Shown here piece after piece: positions 12,042 through 25,589 of a stretch of 64,000 nt of DNA (position 1 is the stretch's first letter; each line of letters begins with the position of its first letter). Location: contig OZ037768.1 of assembly GCA_964035545.1 (NCBI GenBank), positions 1,302,001 to 1,366,000 on the forward strand, written 5' to 3'. The stretch is from Bugula neritina. Its lineage: Eukaryota > Animalia > Bryozoa. The translations under genes and the position numbers were made by a program. The notes under the pieces are model-generated. The model was given only the letters and a program-made list of their open reading frames with translations, searched no databases and had not been told where the DNA came from.

Positions 12042-15000
12042 CTTGTAGTGCTGTTCTGTGATCTAGAATCAGTTTGATATACTGAACATTCGCAGCCAAG
12101 TCCCGCTCATTAAGAACTATAGTCTAAGAGCTTGGGGCTAGTGGTTCTAAACTCCCCAGTTGGAACTAGCAGAATAGTTATACTAGTGAATAAAAGAATT
12201 CAGTCAAAATTATTATTATTTGATCCAATTTTGTGATTAATGAAATAGCTTTTCACCAGTTTGTAAATCAATCAAAGCTTTTTCATTAACAAATACTAAA
12301 CATAAATATTAAATAGTAATTATAATATAATCAATGAAATCACTCACAATCTTTTCACGTGTAACCTCATCAATTCAACGGTATTTGTCAGCAAAACAGC
12401 AGTTGGAAAACGTAAGTGGTTAAATCAAATTAAAATTTGCAACAATTTCAAAAAATGATTAAAATTTGTCAATTACTGTTGTGGTAATTTACCTGATGGA
12501 ACCAAAAATGATCGAAACTTGCTACTAGCTCCAACGAACTACGACTGCTATCTGCTGCAGAGATAACAGCATTGCAAGCATTATAATATAGCAATGAGTT
12601 TGTCCTTGCACGCCTCAGTGATTATGAGAGTACCAGGGGCAATGAAAGGTAACAGGTTTAGGGACACGAGTACAACGCTTGCATCGAATTTTAATACCGA
12701 ACTGCCAATACCCTGTGGGCTGTGGCCACTTTCAAATTACTATTATTATACTTAAAGTTTAGGTTACAAAATCCAAGGCCAGTGACCGACACTGTAGTAA
12801 TTCTAGATAAAACACAATGACTGCATCAAATTTTAATCTGCTTATATTCATAGTTTTAACCCATGAGTTTTTACACAACCATCATAATTTCACAATTTGG
12901 ACTATCAACCATACTGGTTGGTGTGTAATAGCATTATAATTATAGTGCAGACTCTAATTTGAAGACTAATTAACATGGCAGCAAAAATATTAATTCATTT
13001 AGGTTTACTACAAATGATAGTTTTACAACATGCAGCAGTAATGGTTATGATCAACAAGCCTTCTTTTCAGTAGAAACCTTGAAGATACATGACTTAACCA
13101 TTTAGTGGCTAGTTAAGAATGCCTTCATTTGGCCTCAAACAGTAATAAGGAACAACTAGCTGTTACAGACTCCAAGAGATTTTATGACCAATCAAATGTC
13201 TGTTTTATACAAAAATAAACCATAATTTCCACTGAAATGAAATACATGGATGTAATCCAACTCAGTGATGATTGCTGTATATTTATTACTGCCAGGTTTT
13301 TCTTCTAAAAAAAGGGGGGGGGGATTTTCAAGAAGAAGAGAAAGCTAAGATTACTAGAAGTGACTAGAACTACAGATTACAATAAGTTATCATATGAATC
13401 AACCCATTGCTAGCTATCAAATGATGATACTGTTATGAGAGTTAACTGAGACTGCTCTACTTATGATTACAACTAAGCATGACTGTCCAGTAGCTACATG
13501 GAGGTGAGGAAATAATAATATACAATGGTACGAATATAAGTACAAGATCAACTTCCAGCTGTTGTGAGACTATGATAGTATTAGACTAGTACAGCGTTAG
13601 TGTAGGTTGCACCACAAGAATAATATAGGCCCTTATTATGTATTTACTTTTGAGCCCAGTGGTGTCCGATATATGGGTTGGCTTACTAATAAAATAAACA
13701 TGAGATAACACCTTTCTAAAGTTTTTTTTAGATATGCATAGTTACTTTATCACAATGACAATGCTAATCACTAATGCCAAGTTGAAGTTTCTATTGCATT
13801 CACATTGCTATACACTATACACTATACAGGTGTACTAAATATAAGCTGAAGTTGAGTGTAGGCTTACCTGCGTTCCACTTGCAGTACGTGTTACTATGGT
13901 CATAGTGTGTACTGTGTATCAATAGAGTGACCAGAGTTCAATTTGTCAATTTGAGATTTCTTTCCTTGTGTTGAATAGTTCTTGCTAACTGCGCTCTGTT
14001 GCAAATGTATATTTATATATAACATCATCCCACTACAAAAAGTAGACCCTTGTATTCTATTGGTACATCAGGGATCACCCTGATAATGCGTGATAGTAGA
14101 TCATGTATAAAGTTCATGATCTATCTGATGCGAGCAAAAACGTAACCAATCATTACGCTGGAATTTCCATCATACATGGAAGATGTGAAAATATGAAGGC
14201 ATTCTGTAGATATAGCCTTTATTACTATATACGCGTTACGCAACGTTACAACGAGCATTGTACATTGAGTTTCATATAAATTCTCTTGCAATAATAATTG
14301 TTACTAGTTAGTTAGTCCACAATTCACAGAATAAAGAGTTGAATACGTTGCTAATCATGTTGGAAAACCCCCTACTTGCCAGTCAATGATCATCCATTGT
14401 TCATGAATTAAAAACATGACTTTGTGTAGAGCCCATGAACTGTATGTCTGATTGAGAGAGCCTATGACTCAGTCAGGATACTGTATCTGGGGAACCAGTA
14501 GTTTGTGTTTATCGCCGTTGCCATGGCTCCAAGAAAAACATATCAGGATGCCCACTATGGCTTTGTTAGTTCACCATTTCAGCACACTGATTTACTTAGT
14601 AATAGTGATCATGGTCAAACCAGATTTTTGTCAAAAACAAATGTTTATGATATGAAATTTGTCTCCATTACTAACTTTTTAACCATGGATACATTTTGGT
14701 GCCTAGAACATTGCTTCAAACACACAGTTTTAATTGTATTATACCTATATGAGAAAAACACCATACACTAGTTGCAAGTTGTTATTGTAGATACAAGGTA
14801 GATAGGATGAGGGTTTGTACAGTATAATATATAAAATATCATAATATAATTTATATATATAATATTAGAAATAAATATCTTTGCCACATAATTTCTATTA
14901 CTTTATGGTTTATAATGACTCAGCTGTGTCAAGGTTATTAGCTGCCTTTCAGGTTCTGCTCCAACCATACAGCACAAGTGGAAGCTCCTCTAGTATTGGT

Positions 15001-16716
15001 ACTTATGACTGTCATTTATAGTATTAGTATACTTATGACTGTCATTAAAGTAAAACAATGCATTTCAAAACAGCCTAAAAGTCCACAGATACAGTTTCCA
15101 TCTAAAACCTACAGCCTCAAGTAAGACATATAATATTGCTCTCAGACAGTGATGACTCCCAGGGCTATATACTCCCAGGGCTACATACTCCCAGGGCTAT
15201 ATACTCTGTCTATACACACTTGTCATATATCAAAAGACAGGGTAATTATACAAAAAGGAATAACGAGCTATACAATATAGCTCACAATACTGGAACATTC
15301 TGGGATAGAAAGCTGAGAGAAAGCTTGATAATAAAATATGAATCGCAATTCATTATTTACATTTTAGTGTACACTATACCATATTATAATATAAAGAAAA
15401 TAATAGCCATATATAATAAAAGAAAAGTAGTGAATAACATGCCATTAGTTTTTGTGTTTACTGCAACATAGAAACTTCAATTAGCATTGCATCATCCACC
15501 GCAATGGTACACTTTGTGTATGGTACATAGGAGGTAACACATTTCTGTTCATCATGAGGTTGTCACAATACAAATTATGTACATGGGCCTGTCGTGTGAT
15601 TCATGCAAAGCTGTGAGCCTGTTATATAGGGCTGGTTGAAACCCTACCAGCATGATAGTTGTGTGATCCTCAGCTTAAAGCATGTTGTATCTGGTAAATA
15701 AATGAGTGGGTGCAAAAAATATATATTCATATTATATTATAACCCCACACACAGATGGGCTCATATACATCAAACTGTAATGACTCTATTTAGTTAAGCT
15801 TTAATATATGGTTTTGTTCACTCATGTGCATAAGTGTTATGTGTCACTTTTTATTCAACTCCATTTTTATTTTTGGAGCATACTGGTTTCACTTCCACAA
15901 CTCTGACTTTCTTGTTGATCAACTGTGAAATGTTTGATAATTTTAGAATAGCAAATGGCAGTCTCATTTTCTGACGCATTTCATCTACGTACCAGTCTAT
16001 TATATAAATGAAAATTATAGAAAATAAGTCTTCAGAGCTTGTCTTAGAAAACTTTTTCATTATTATTAAAGAACAGCCAAGAAATTTCAATTACATGTTA
16101 TTTAAATATAAACGATTAGAAATTTTCACAAATTTGTTACAATAAATAGAATTTGACTAATGATAAACTTTCAAGAAGCAAAAATTATGGCTTCTATTCA
16201 GAGATTAGAATAGCTTGCGGGCTGGGCATTCTCACCGCCCTCCTTTATTGCAACAAGTTGAAGTAGTCTGCACTCTGTATGTTTCTGAAAATGTAGTATA
16301 GAAACATGACCTGAGCACACAACTCCAAATGAAACTTTCATACTATTTTACAGCTCTGAACAGTATACTGTTTATTAAAGTTCAAAGTACATGCAATAGA
16401 GCAATATAATGTTTATATATACACACTACAGACTGTTAAACAAATATTAATAATTTTGAAAACAGAATATGAAGAAGCCATCTTTTATACAGAATTGAAA
16501 ATTATACTAATTTAAAAAAGTATTTACAAACTTGTGTCATGTTCAACACAGTACCAGAAATATAAACAGAAGTTGGCCAGATATTCTGACCATCAGTAGG
16601 AAAAATAAACTATAAAACTTCAAATCTGTTCAAAACAGTAAGAATGAGATTTCCACATGCAAGTCAGTCTGCTGATGCTAATACTACGTATGGGGCTGCT
16701 CTCACGCTGAGCAGAG

Positions 16717-19700
16717 TCAAGAGTACTTCGGGGCCAGTCTGTAGGGCTGACGTTGACTCAGCATATAACTCTGAGGTTGAGGGGGTCCGATGGTTGACGG
16801 GGGTGTCATCACTGGGTACAACATTGGTGCGCCGGCGGGAGAGACTTGACTCCTTGAACCAGACTGCATATGCATGGGTTGGACTGGCAGCTAGACAGGT
16901 AAAGTACTTCACGTGATAATACAGTCATCAATAGATAGTATATACTTTATATAGCATAGTACTCAGTGTGCTGGTAATAACTGTATGAGAAAAGAGAGAG
17001 GTTAGCTGAAGATGAGATGTTGGTGTATTGAGTACAAATAGACTGACAAGAGAGAGAATTCTAGCATGCATGATATTATAGACGTAGATCACACAACTCC
17101 CACAACCACCTTCAATGAGACGAGACAACCAGTAATTTGAGAGAGAGAGTTGTTTAAAAGGAAAGAAGTGATATAGTGTGAGTTATGCTAAACTGATCTG
17201 TTTATTCCTAACAGAGTAACAGTTTAATCAACTTTTTGTGGAACCCTTACAAAGGCTTAACAACAAACCTTTTCTAACTAAACTACATAAAAAAATAATG
17301 TGACAATGTGTATAACAGAATTGTATAACTTATATGCCTTATCAGTTGGCTATAGAAATCATAAGTACAGTACAGGTGTACATACTACATACACAGTACT
17401 ATTTATATAACATAGCGTAGCAAGGCAATGATCATGTTAGGTTAAAATTTAGCAAGAAATTTCCGTAGCTTTGTCTACCACAAAGTCTTGTATATCTACA
17501 CTGAGCCAGATTGACAGAGTGAACACACAGATAGAAACTATGACTTCTATGCTGGCTGAAATCATGGAGAGGTGAGTTATAGAAAACTGGTGAAAGAGAT
17601 CAAATCTACTTACCGCGTGGCACATTATTTTTTCAACAGAAGAATGTTCTACCAATAAACGACAAGCATTCCAAGAACTGATAAAGTGTAGCAGATATTA
17701 AAAAGCAGAGTTGAGTAGAGCTAAGAAATCACAAACCCCTAAATGTTATGTGGCCGCTGTGCAACAGACAACTACTAACAATGCTTGTCCGGAAATTATT
17801 TGAAGTTGTCGTTACTTTTCAGAAACGCGCTATTAGCAATTGCAGTAGAGTAATAATTTCAACATAACGAAACACACAAGTTATGAAACTAGAAATATTA
17901 ACTTGCAAACATGTCACAAGTAATCGCAAAACATTTACAAGAAATCTCTGTAAAAAATCACGAGATTTTTAACCAAACTCTACATAACTATTTACTCTTT
18001 ATTTATAGATGCTATGTAACTGCTGACAAGTTCTCCCAATCCAGTCAAAGAGAGTCTTGCTGTAACTGAGTCAGCTGTTTTGAAATAGAAGCCAACTCCC
18101 AATAGCCATTACAAATAAAGTTGTCTATTACTTGAGTCTATAGAAATAAATACTGAGTAAGAGCCTCACCTGTGCCTGGTAGACATGGCTGGCATTGGCT
18201 GAAACGGCAGCAGGCATGTACTGGACCTGACCCTGCATCAGCTGGTACTGGGGGGCAGCGGGCAGCTCACTGCCTGACGATGAGGGGGTCGGCATATAAG
18301 GGGGTGGAGGGGGGTTAGCGTGCCCTCTCTGAAACACACAGTGACAGTATCTCTAAGGCTCCACAACATCTGAACTAAATAGTTTCAGTATCAAGAGTAA
18401 GAGGTGTACACCCTGTCTCGCTAAAGGAGCACACTTCCTACGCTTGATATTGCATTGTCACACACACCTCCTACGTTTGATATTGCATTGTCACACACAC
18501 CTTCTACATTTGATATTGCTCAGCCACACCCCTCCTATGTTTGATATTGCATCGCTACACATCTCTTACATTTGACACTGCATGGCCACACACCTAAGAA
18601 GCTGTACTAGAGTCACACACCTAAGAAGCTGTACTAGAGTCACACACCTAAGAAGCTGTACTAGAGTCACACACCTAAGAAGCTGTACTAGAGTCACACA
18701 CCTAAGAAGCTGTACTAGAGTCACACACCTAAGAAGCTGTACTAAAGTCACACACCTAAGAAGCTGTACTAGAGTCACACACCTAAGAAGCTGTACTAGA
18801 GTCACACACCTAAGAAGCTGTACTAGAGTCACACACCTAAGAAGCTGTACTAGAGTCACACACCTAAGAAGCTGTACTAGAGTCACACACCTAAGAAGCT
18901 GTACTAGAGTCACACACCTAAGAAGCTGTACTAGAGTCACACACCTAAGAAGCTGTACTAAAGTCACACACCTAAGAAGCTGTACTAGAGTCACACACCT
19001 AAGAAGCTGTACTAGAGTCACACACCTAAGAAGCTGTACTAGAGTCACACACCTAAGAAGCTGTACTAGAGTCACACACCTAAGAAGCTGTACTAGAGTC
19101 ACACACCTAAGAAGCTGTACTAGAGTCACACACCTAAGAAGCTGTACTAGAGTCACACACCTAAGAAGCTGTACTAGAGTCACACACCTAAGAAGCTGTA
19201 CTAGAGTCACACACCTAAGAAGCTGTACTAGAGTCACACACCTAAGAAGCTGTACTAGAGTCACACACCTCTGAGTTGCTAGGCGCAGGACTCTGTCTCT
19301 GCTGCGTCTGTTTCTTCTCCGTCGACTCCGGATCTTTGGCAATCTGGGCGCAAGTCTTGAGGTGGTTGGGCCAGTGTTTCTGCTGACACGGGTAGTCGCA
19401 GTAGCTGGTGTTCCAGCAGCAGTAGAAGATGGCCTCCTTGCCACACATGGCACACTAAACACACAGTAAACAGTAGAAGATGGCCTCCTTGCCACACATG
19501 GCACACTAAAGACATAGTAAACAGTATAATATGGCCTCCTTACCACACTTGGCACACTAAACACACAGTAGAACACGTACCCACTGTTTCTTCTTAGTTT
19601 CTTCAATAATCTTCTTATATTTGTGTTCCAACTGCTTACGTAGTCTCCACAGAGCTCGATCTTTTTCCAACTCTACAGACTTTCTCATTTCCATTGCAGT

Positions 19701-22700
19701 CAGTTCTATGAAATAATATAGAAACATGAGAAAACATGAATTTAATTGGCACAGTATTAGACAGACATTAACCGAAATATCTAATTGTGTTCCAGCTTGA
19801 ATCCTGTCTAGTATTTTAAAACTCTTATAATTACAAAAGTAAAAGCTTTACAAGCCAGAGGTCTAAGAGGAAACTGAGTACTGGAGTGATACCACCAGCG
19901 ACAGATGCAAACCCCATCTAGTATTCAATAAAACATGAGACAAACCTGCGCTGTGTTTCACTGCCTCAATCTCGCACTTATGTTTCCACGTCAGCTTCTC
20001 CACGAGCTCGCTGCTGACGGCCACGCTGTCAGCAGGAGTCTCAACTGAGTTCTCAGCAGAAGCCTCTCCTTTCACCGCTGCTTCTTTCACGGGTGACTTG
20101 TGATTTGGTTTAGAACTTGTTTCTTCCCCAGCACTGCTAGCAGCAGGTGCTGAGTCATCCTTGTTTGGTTTATTGTCAGCGCTGGAGTCGGCAGCATCAG
20201 TACTGGTTGACGGAGTGTTTGTTGACTCTATTTTATCCTCGGCTGGCACCGTAGGCTTTCCGTGTCTGAACGACTGCCTCACAATGTCTTTGATTGTAGA
20301 CTCTAACCCGTCTTTCATCAGGTCTAGCAACTATTCAATGTGAATATTTTACAGTCATTACATAGTTTTAAATTTGTACTATCATGCATCAAAAGACAAA
20401 TAAGATAATTTCATGAACTATAAAGTATTTTAATTCTGAAGACATATTCTCCTATCTAAAAACACACTCTCCTATCTGAAGAGATGAAGACATACTCTCC
20501 TATCTGAAGAGCAGAATAACCACACAGAGTGTGTAGTGATGGACCAGTGAGTATAGAGGTACACAGAGTAACTTGTATACCATACGATACAATACACAGA
20601 AGACTAATGAGTTATCACATACCTGATCAGTGACAGCATTCTCTTTTTCAGACAATATATCTCGGACATCAACCCTACAAGCAAATAGTTAGGGATATCT
20701 CATCATACTATAATCAATCAGAACCTGATTTGTAGATGTTGAAGAGACTAACCGGTGCCGAGAGCGGCTGACATAGTACCGCCTCTTCCTGCGGCCATGA
20801 TAATGCACTTCCTCCTCAGATTCCGACTCTGAACTTGATTCACCTTCACTTGATTCGTCTTTGGCTTCCTGAACAAGCAGAAGATATAACAGAGTGTAAG
20901 TAGAAAAGATGACATAACAGAATGTAAGTAGAGAAGAAGACATAACAGAGTGTAAGTAGAGAAGAAGACATAACAGAATGTAAGTACAGAAGAAGATATA
21001 ACAGAGTGTAAGTAGAGAAGAAGACATAACAGAGTGTAAGTAGAGAAGAAGACATAACAGAATGTAAGTACAGAAGAAGACATAACAGAATGTAAGTACA
21101 GAAGAAGACATAACACGATGAAGGCAATACATCACCATCTTACTAGCTGTGTGCAATAATGACCCACCCACCTGAGATTCTTCTACACCCAGCTGATTTC
21201 TACAAGAGTCAATTGTTCCAGATAACTTGTCTGTATACTGTTTATCTGTGGGTAGAGTTGATTGCTTAGCACTAGAAGTGGTGGTATCCATCGGTTCAAC
21301 TGATAGCTGTGATGACTTGTCAGTATCTGATACCGATGAGGTGTGTGGTTGATGTGAGGAGCTGAGGTGTTCTGAAGGAGCTGATTGAGAAGTGGACTCT
21401 ACAGAAGGCTGGGGGGTGGAGGGGACTGGGGGTTTGAGTGATGACTCAGGGGGTTGAGTTACTGGCAGCAGTGGTTGACTAGATCTATTAGATACTGTAT
21501 CCTGACTAGTTTCTGTCTTCTCATTATTTTCTTCCACCAGATGTCCATTACCAATGGCAGCTCTACACACAATAACTAGAACTATTTACCGCTTGCGATA
21601 CAATATCCAACATAAATCTCTTAACATGTAATACTGGACTGGAGAGCAAATAAAATGAACAAAGATTCAGCACTATCAAAGCATTTATTGTTAGCCATCA
21701 CTTGCTGTAGACGCAGTCATAATCACAAAGACAGCAGCACTTTACTCACCAAACAATACAAGTAAGAGAAATAAAAGTGCTAGTTGCTACTCACACTTCT
21801 GGTGTATCATTAACCAGTGTCTGTGAGTGTTGCTCAGCCTCCATAGCCAACTTCAACTTGGCCTCGATTTTATTCATAACAGTTTCAGTACGCTCGGGAG
21901 ACGCACCGTCATCTCTGAGGGCGGAGAGGTCAACACTAGTGGCAGCAGACAGCACTTCGTCACTGACAGTGAACACTCCTATTATGAGACAAAATATTGT
22001 CAACTTGCATTTAACTTTCTATGACTGGAAATAATATATTAGACAGTCTAGTGAGTACGTCTGTTAGTATAGTGAGTACGTCTGCACTTACCTGGCCTAT
22101 TTGGTTCACGTTTCACTTCAGGAGTTTCTTGCTTCACAGAATTTTCTACATACAGAAAAAAACACATCAAAATGAAAACATATCTTACCAACCGATGTGT
22201 ACACAAAATACTCCGATATAAGCCTAGTGACTTGGTAATCACACATACACACACCAATTTAGCTGGCCTGAATGCTACTATTACACCATCTAATACCAAA
22301 AACTACCAAATACTCATACCTTCTGCAAACTTCTTCGCAGCTGGAATTTCCTCTTCGCTGTCCACAGGAAGTGGCCGTTTCTTGATCTCGGATATAGACG
22401 AAAGTTGTCCATTATTTGATCTGTACGGTTCTTTAGGAGGATAGTAGGTGAAGGTGCCGTATCTTGCCCTACAGAATATTACAAATAACTTCCTTATTAG
22501 AGGAGAGGGGGGCATGTCTATCAAAGCTGGTTAGATGCAATATTCTACTATCAGTATTCGCAAATATTACAATATGGAGAAACATATGCAACAAAAAGCT
22601 ACTTATGTTGGAATTATTAGCCTAAACTGGCTTCCATTAGTTTAAAACTGGAGGTTGAGCAAGTAAGAGAGACGTACTTAAATTTGGTGATGTACTTGTC

Positions 22701-25589
22701 TAGTTCACTCATGGCATCTTCAAACCCTGACCCCTTCTTATTCTTCACAGGCGCTGGGGGTTCACTGGATAACATGAACACCTGGTGTGAAGGCACCCAC
22801 GCCCTGTAACACAGTGAGAATATTTCTACACACAACCAAAGGGCAATTCTAGACATTAGGATAGAAAAAAAAATCAACACAAAGCTTCACACTGCTTCTT
22901 TACCTGCTAATATCAAATATATTTAGAAAATCATTGGGTTACTCCAGAAAGCTATTCATAAACTGCACACAACATGTTCGTTACAATAAATAGCAGTTAG
23001 CTGCGCAGTAAACCACATGGCTTAGAGAACAATTTCCAGATGTTTCAAGCTGCTATCTCAAACAGGCATTTTAGTGCACAACAACATGTGACACACCAAA
23101 ACTATCTCAGATTTTAATAAACAATCAAGTTGTGCAGGTCACAGCTAATACAGGTTAGCCAATAAACATGTCACAGCTCACACAGGTTAACCAATAAACA
23201 TGTCACAGGTCACACAGGTTAGCCAATAAACAGGTCACAGGTCACACAGGTTAGTCAATAAACAGGTCACAGGTCGTACAGGTTAGCCAATAAACAGGTC
23301 ACAGGTCACACAGGTTAGCCAATAAACAGGTCACAGCTCACACAGGTTAACCAATAAACATGAACCTTACTTGTCATGAGCCCCAAAGAATCTGCAGTCG
23401 ACTTGACCGTCCGCTTCTCTCAAGGCCTTGGCTGGCCAGTAAGGATAGCCTTTGAGCTTAGCCCAGACTAGAGGGTGGCTGAACCTCTACAACACAGAAT
23501 TAGTGAGTTAGTAGAACCAAGGCTATTGTTGACAGGAAGCACTCTATTAGTACATGAGAAGGGAGTCATTCAGCAAATGACAGCAATTAGTGTAGAAGTA
23601 TTTTGACTCACACATGGCGTACAGAACCAGTTGTTCTCTTGTGTGCAGGAGGCAAGAAAGCAGTCGGGACAAGTTTCAATCTCGGATATCTGATGACGAC
23701 AGGCCTTCAACACTGCCTTGGCTATCACTGTGTACTTATTGTGCACTACAACACATTGTTAACAATGCCAATCTTCACAAGCAACTGTTTTACAGCAATT
23801 TACGACTTAAAACTATTGGAAATTGTTGGAAGAATTTTCAATGCACCCTTGAGCTGCTCATACTAGACAATATGACTGTTGCTAGCTGTCAAAACGCCCA
23901 CACTCTACCGGTCACATGATTTCTTTCAAAAGTCTTTCGAATGTAGCAAACATTGACAGAAAAAATATAACAATGTACAAGAAGTTACGTACTGCCATTG
24001 TATACAATACTATTATGCAATATCCACTTGGCGTCAGCATGGAACGCTTCAGTGCTGCCGTAGACTTTCTTAGAGACATTCTTATCTAGAGTAGACATGT
24101 CCATCGGGTGTGCCACTATGTTGTGGTACTCTGGCTCCATGGCTGGATCCACTGGCACCTGGAACACTTCACTCTACAAGACACATGGTAACCAACAGTC
24201 ATTCGACTTGAGAAGCAAACTCAACTCTCAGAGTTTTGCTCTAGTGGAAACACACAAACACATGAGATGCGACAGACAAAGCTATAACTAGGCAGACTAT
24301 TATCCTGCCAATGAATATAAATATGAAGTAGATCTTACGTTGGGGACTTTCATTCTCTCCAGAGTGTAGTGCAGGCATGTGATCAGTTGGTCAATACTGA
24401 GACTACTCATTGCTTGAGGTCTAGTGTCTTCACACTCTGACCGCATCACCTTCTACAAAAAACATGCACCAACATTGCACGTAGACATCAGTGTAGATCA
24501 ACAGAGTCTCTATATATAGAGAGAGATAATGCAGCTCTCCATCTCAACTTACTATAGACTGAGAACTCACCTCACACTCCATGCATATCCAATCCTCTTT
24601 AGGAGCTGCTTGTAAACCCAGACACTTCAAATGATATACTCGCGGGCAAAGCTGACATGGGATGACAATACCGTCCTTACGACATATCCAGCAATATTTA
24701 TCTGATTCCTACAGTGTAGTGGACGATGTTAGTACAGCTGTATATAGGAGAACAGCACTAAACGAGTGAAAATAATAATCAACAACAAACCTCATCAGTG
24801 TTCAGCTTATTGGAAGATCGAAGGCTCCGTCTTGTAACTTGAGATGAGGCTGCAGGTGCGGCAACCATCCCCATTTTACTACGCTTCACTGAAGTTGACG
24901 GATTCAACGATGACGGGACAGGGTTATCTGCTGCAGCTTCGTCCGGCACACTTGAAGATGAAGTGTTGTTAGATTCTGGAGTAGGTGTTGGTGTTAGACT
25001 GGTTTTGTTGCTAGCAGGTGATGTTGAACCTTCTAGATAAATAGTGTTTAAAATATTACTTTGTCTTCTTAGATATCTTTAGGAAAAAGGTATTAAACAT
25101 GTACATTAAGTAACACAAATTAGAATACTTGAAAAGCTGAATGTGAATGTCACTTTTAAGAGCATGAATTCACTAAAACATGGTACACCTGTTAGTGCAC
25201 CCCTGTCTACTGTCTCACTAACACAACCAAGGCTAGGCTATTTTGGTAGTATAGCGAGACGAACTCAACTGGGAAAAATGGTGACATAAAAATATTTGGT
25301 TTACATAAGGTTTAATTTAAATTCTTCTGTAGGCAAACATAAATTTCCACAATGTTTACTTAAACAGAACAAAAATGATTGATTGTTGGTTTTTGTTTTA
25401 ATATCATGAAGCAAGTTTTATTTTAGAAGCTATTATTATTTCTATGTAATAAGTAAGGGAACTTTATATAGCATTGAAAGCTCTAAACCACAACTTTATG
25501 AGTTAGCACACACCCATAGAAGACCGAGTTATTCTTTGCTTTTGCTCTCCAGCAGCACCAGTTGCACCAGGGGCAATGGCTTCACTCAT
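16717..25589 (-). CDS. ZMYND8: ZMYND8 / PRKCBP1 / RACK7 chromatin reader (PHD-bromo-PWWP ... MYND)
   Basis: About 19 exons. [27 protein letters not shown]...WICMEC (24571-24708); bromodomain FQVPVDP...[12 protein letters not shown]...[14 protein letters not shown] (~23993-24173); Zn linker CPDC...WFCTPC (~23612-23745); [21 protein letters not shown]...FFGAHD (23371-23486); coiled coil then KKQW|[39 protein letters not shown] (19269-19454). ATG at 25589; last exon 16717-16890. Middle low-complexity exons approximate. Confidence 0.93.
18432..19270. repeat. Compound minisatellite: ~25 x 27 bp (CACACACCTAAGAAGCTGTACTAGAGT) plus ~4 degenerate ~33-bp units
   Basis: Near-perfect 27-bp array at 18586-19270 overlapping the ZMYND8 MYND-exon donor; variant bases at 18745 and 18961. 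Confidence 0.95.
19421..19572. repeat. 51-bp triplication of the MYND-exon acceptor and first codons
   Basis: Acceptor AG copies at 19455-56, 19506-07 and 19557-58 (minus strand), each followed by TGTGCCA.GTGTGG.AAGGAGGCCAT. Confidence 0.9.
20880..21115. repeat. 28-bp minisatellite (ACAGAGTGTAAGTAGAGAAGAAGACATA), ~8 copies
   Basis: Fills most of a ZMYND8 intron, ending ~10 nt from the acceptor at ~20869. Confidence 0.9.
23136..23362. repeat. 32-bp minisatellite (CCAATAAACAGGTCACAGGTCACACAGGTTAG), ~7 copies
   Basis: Starts ~8 nt inside the donor of the PWWP exon (23369-23370). Confidence 0.9.

Noticed and set aside
14040-14280. CCAAT/ATTGG-bearing segment resembling a MITE fragment
   Set aside because: No convincing terminal repeats or TSD.
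18586-19270. CRISPR-like appearance of regularly spaced repeats
   Set aside because: No unique spacers, no cas genes, spliced eukaryotic context.
18566-19606. 346-aa and 230-aa ORFs with RCVTLVQLL / THLRSCTRV repeats
   Set aside because: Translations of a 27-bp intronic minisatellite, open only because the unit length is a multiple of 3. The real coding exon is 19269-19454 in another frame.
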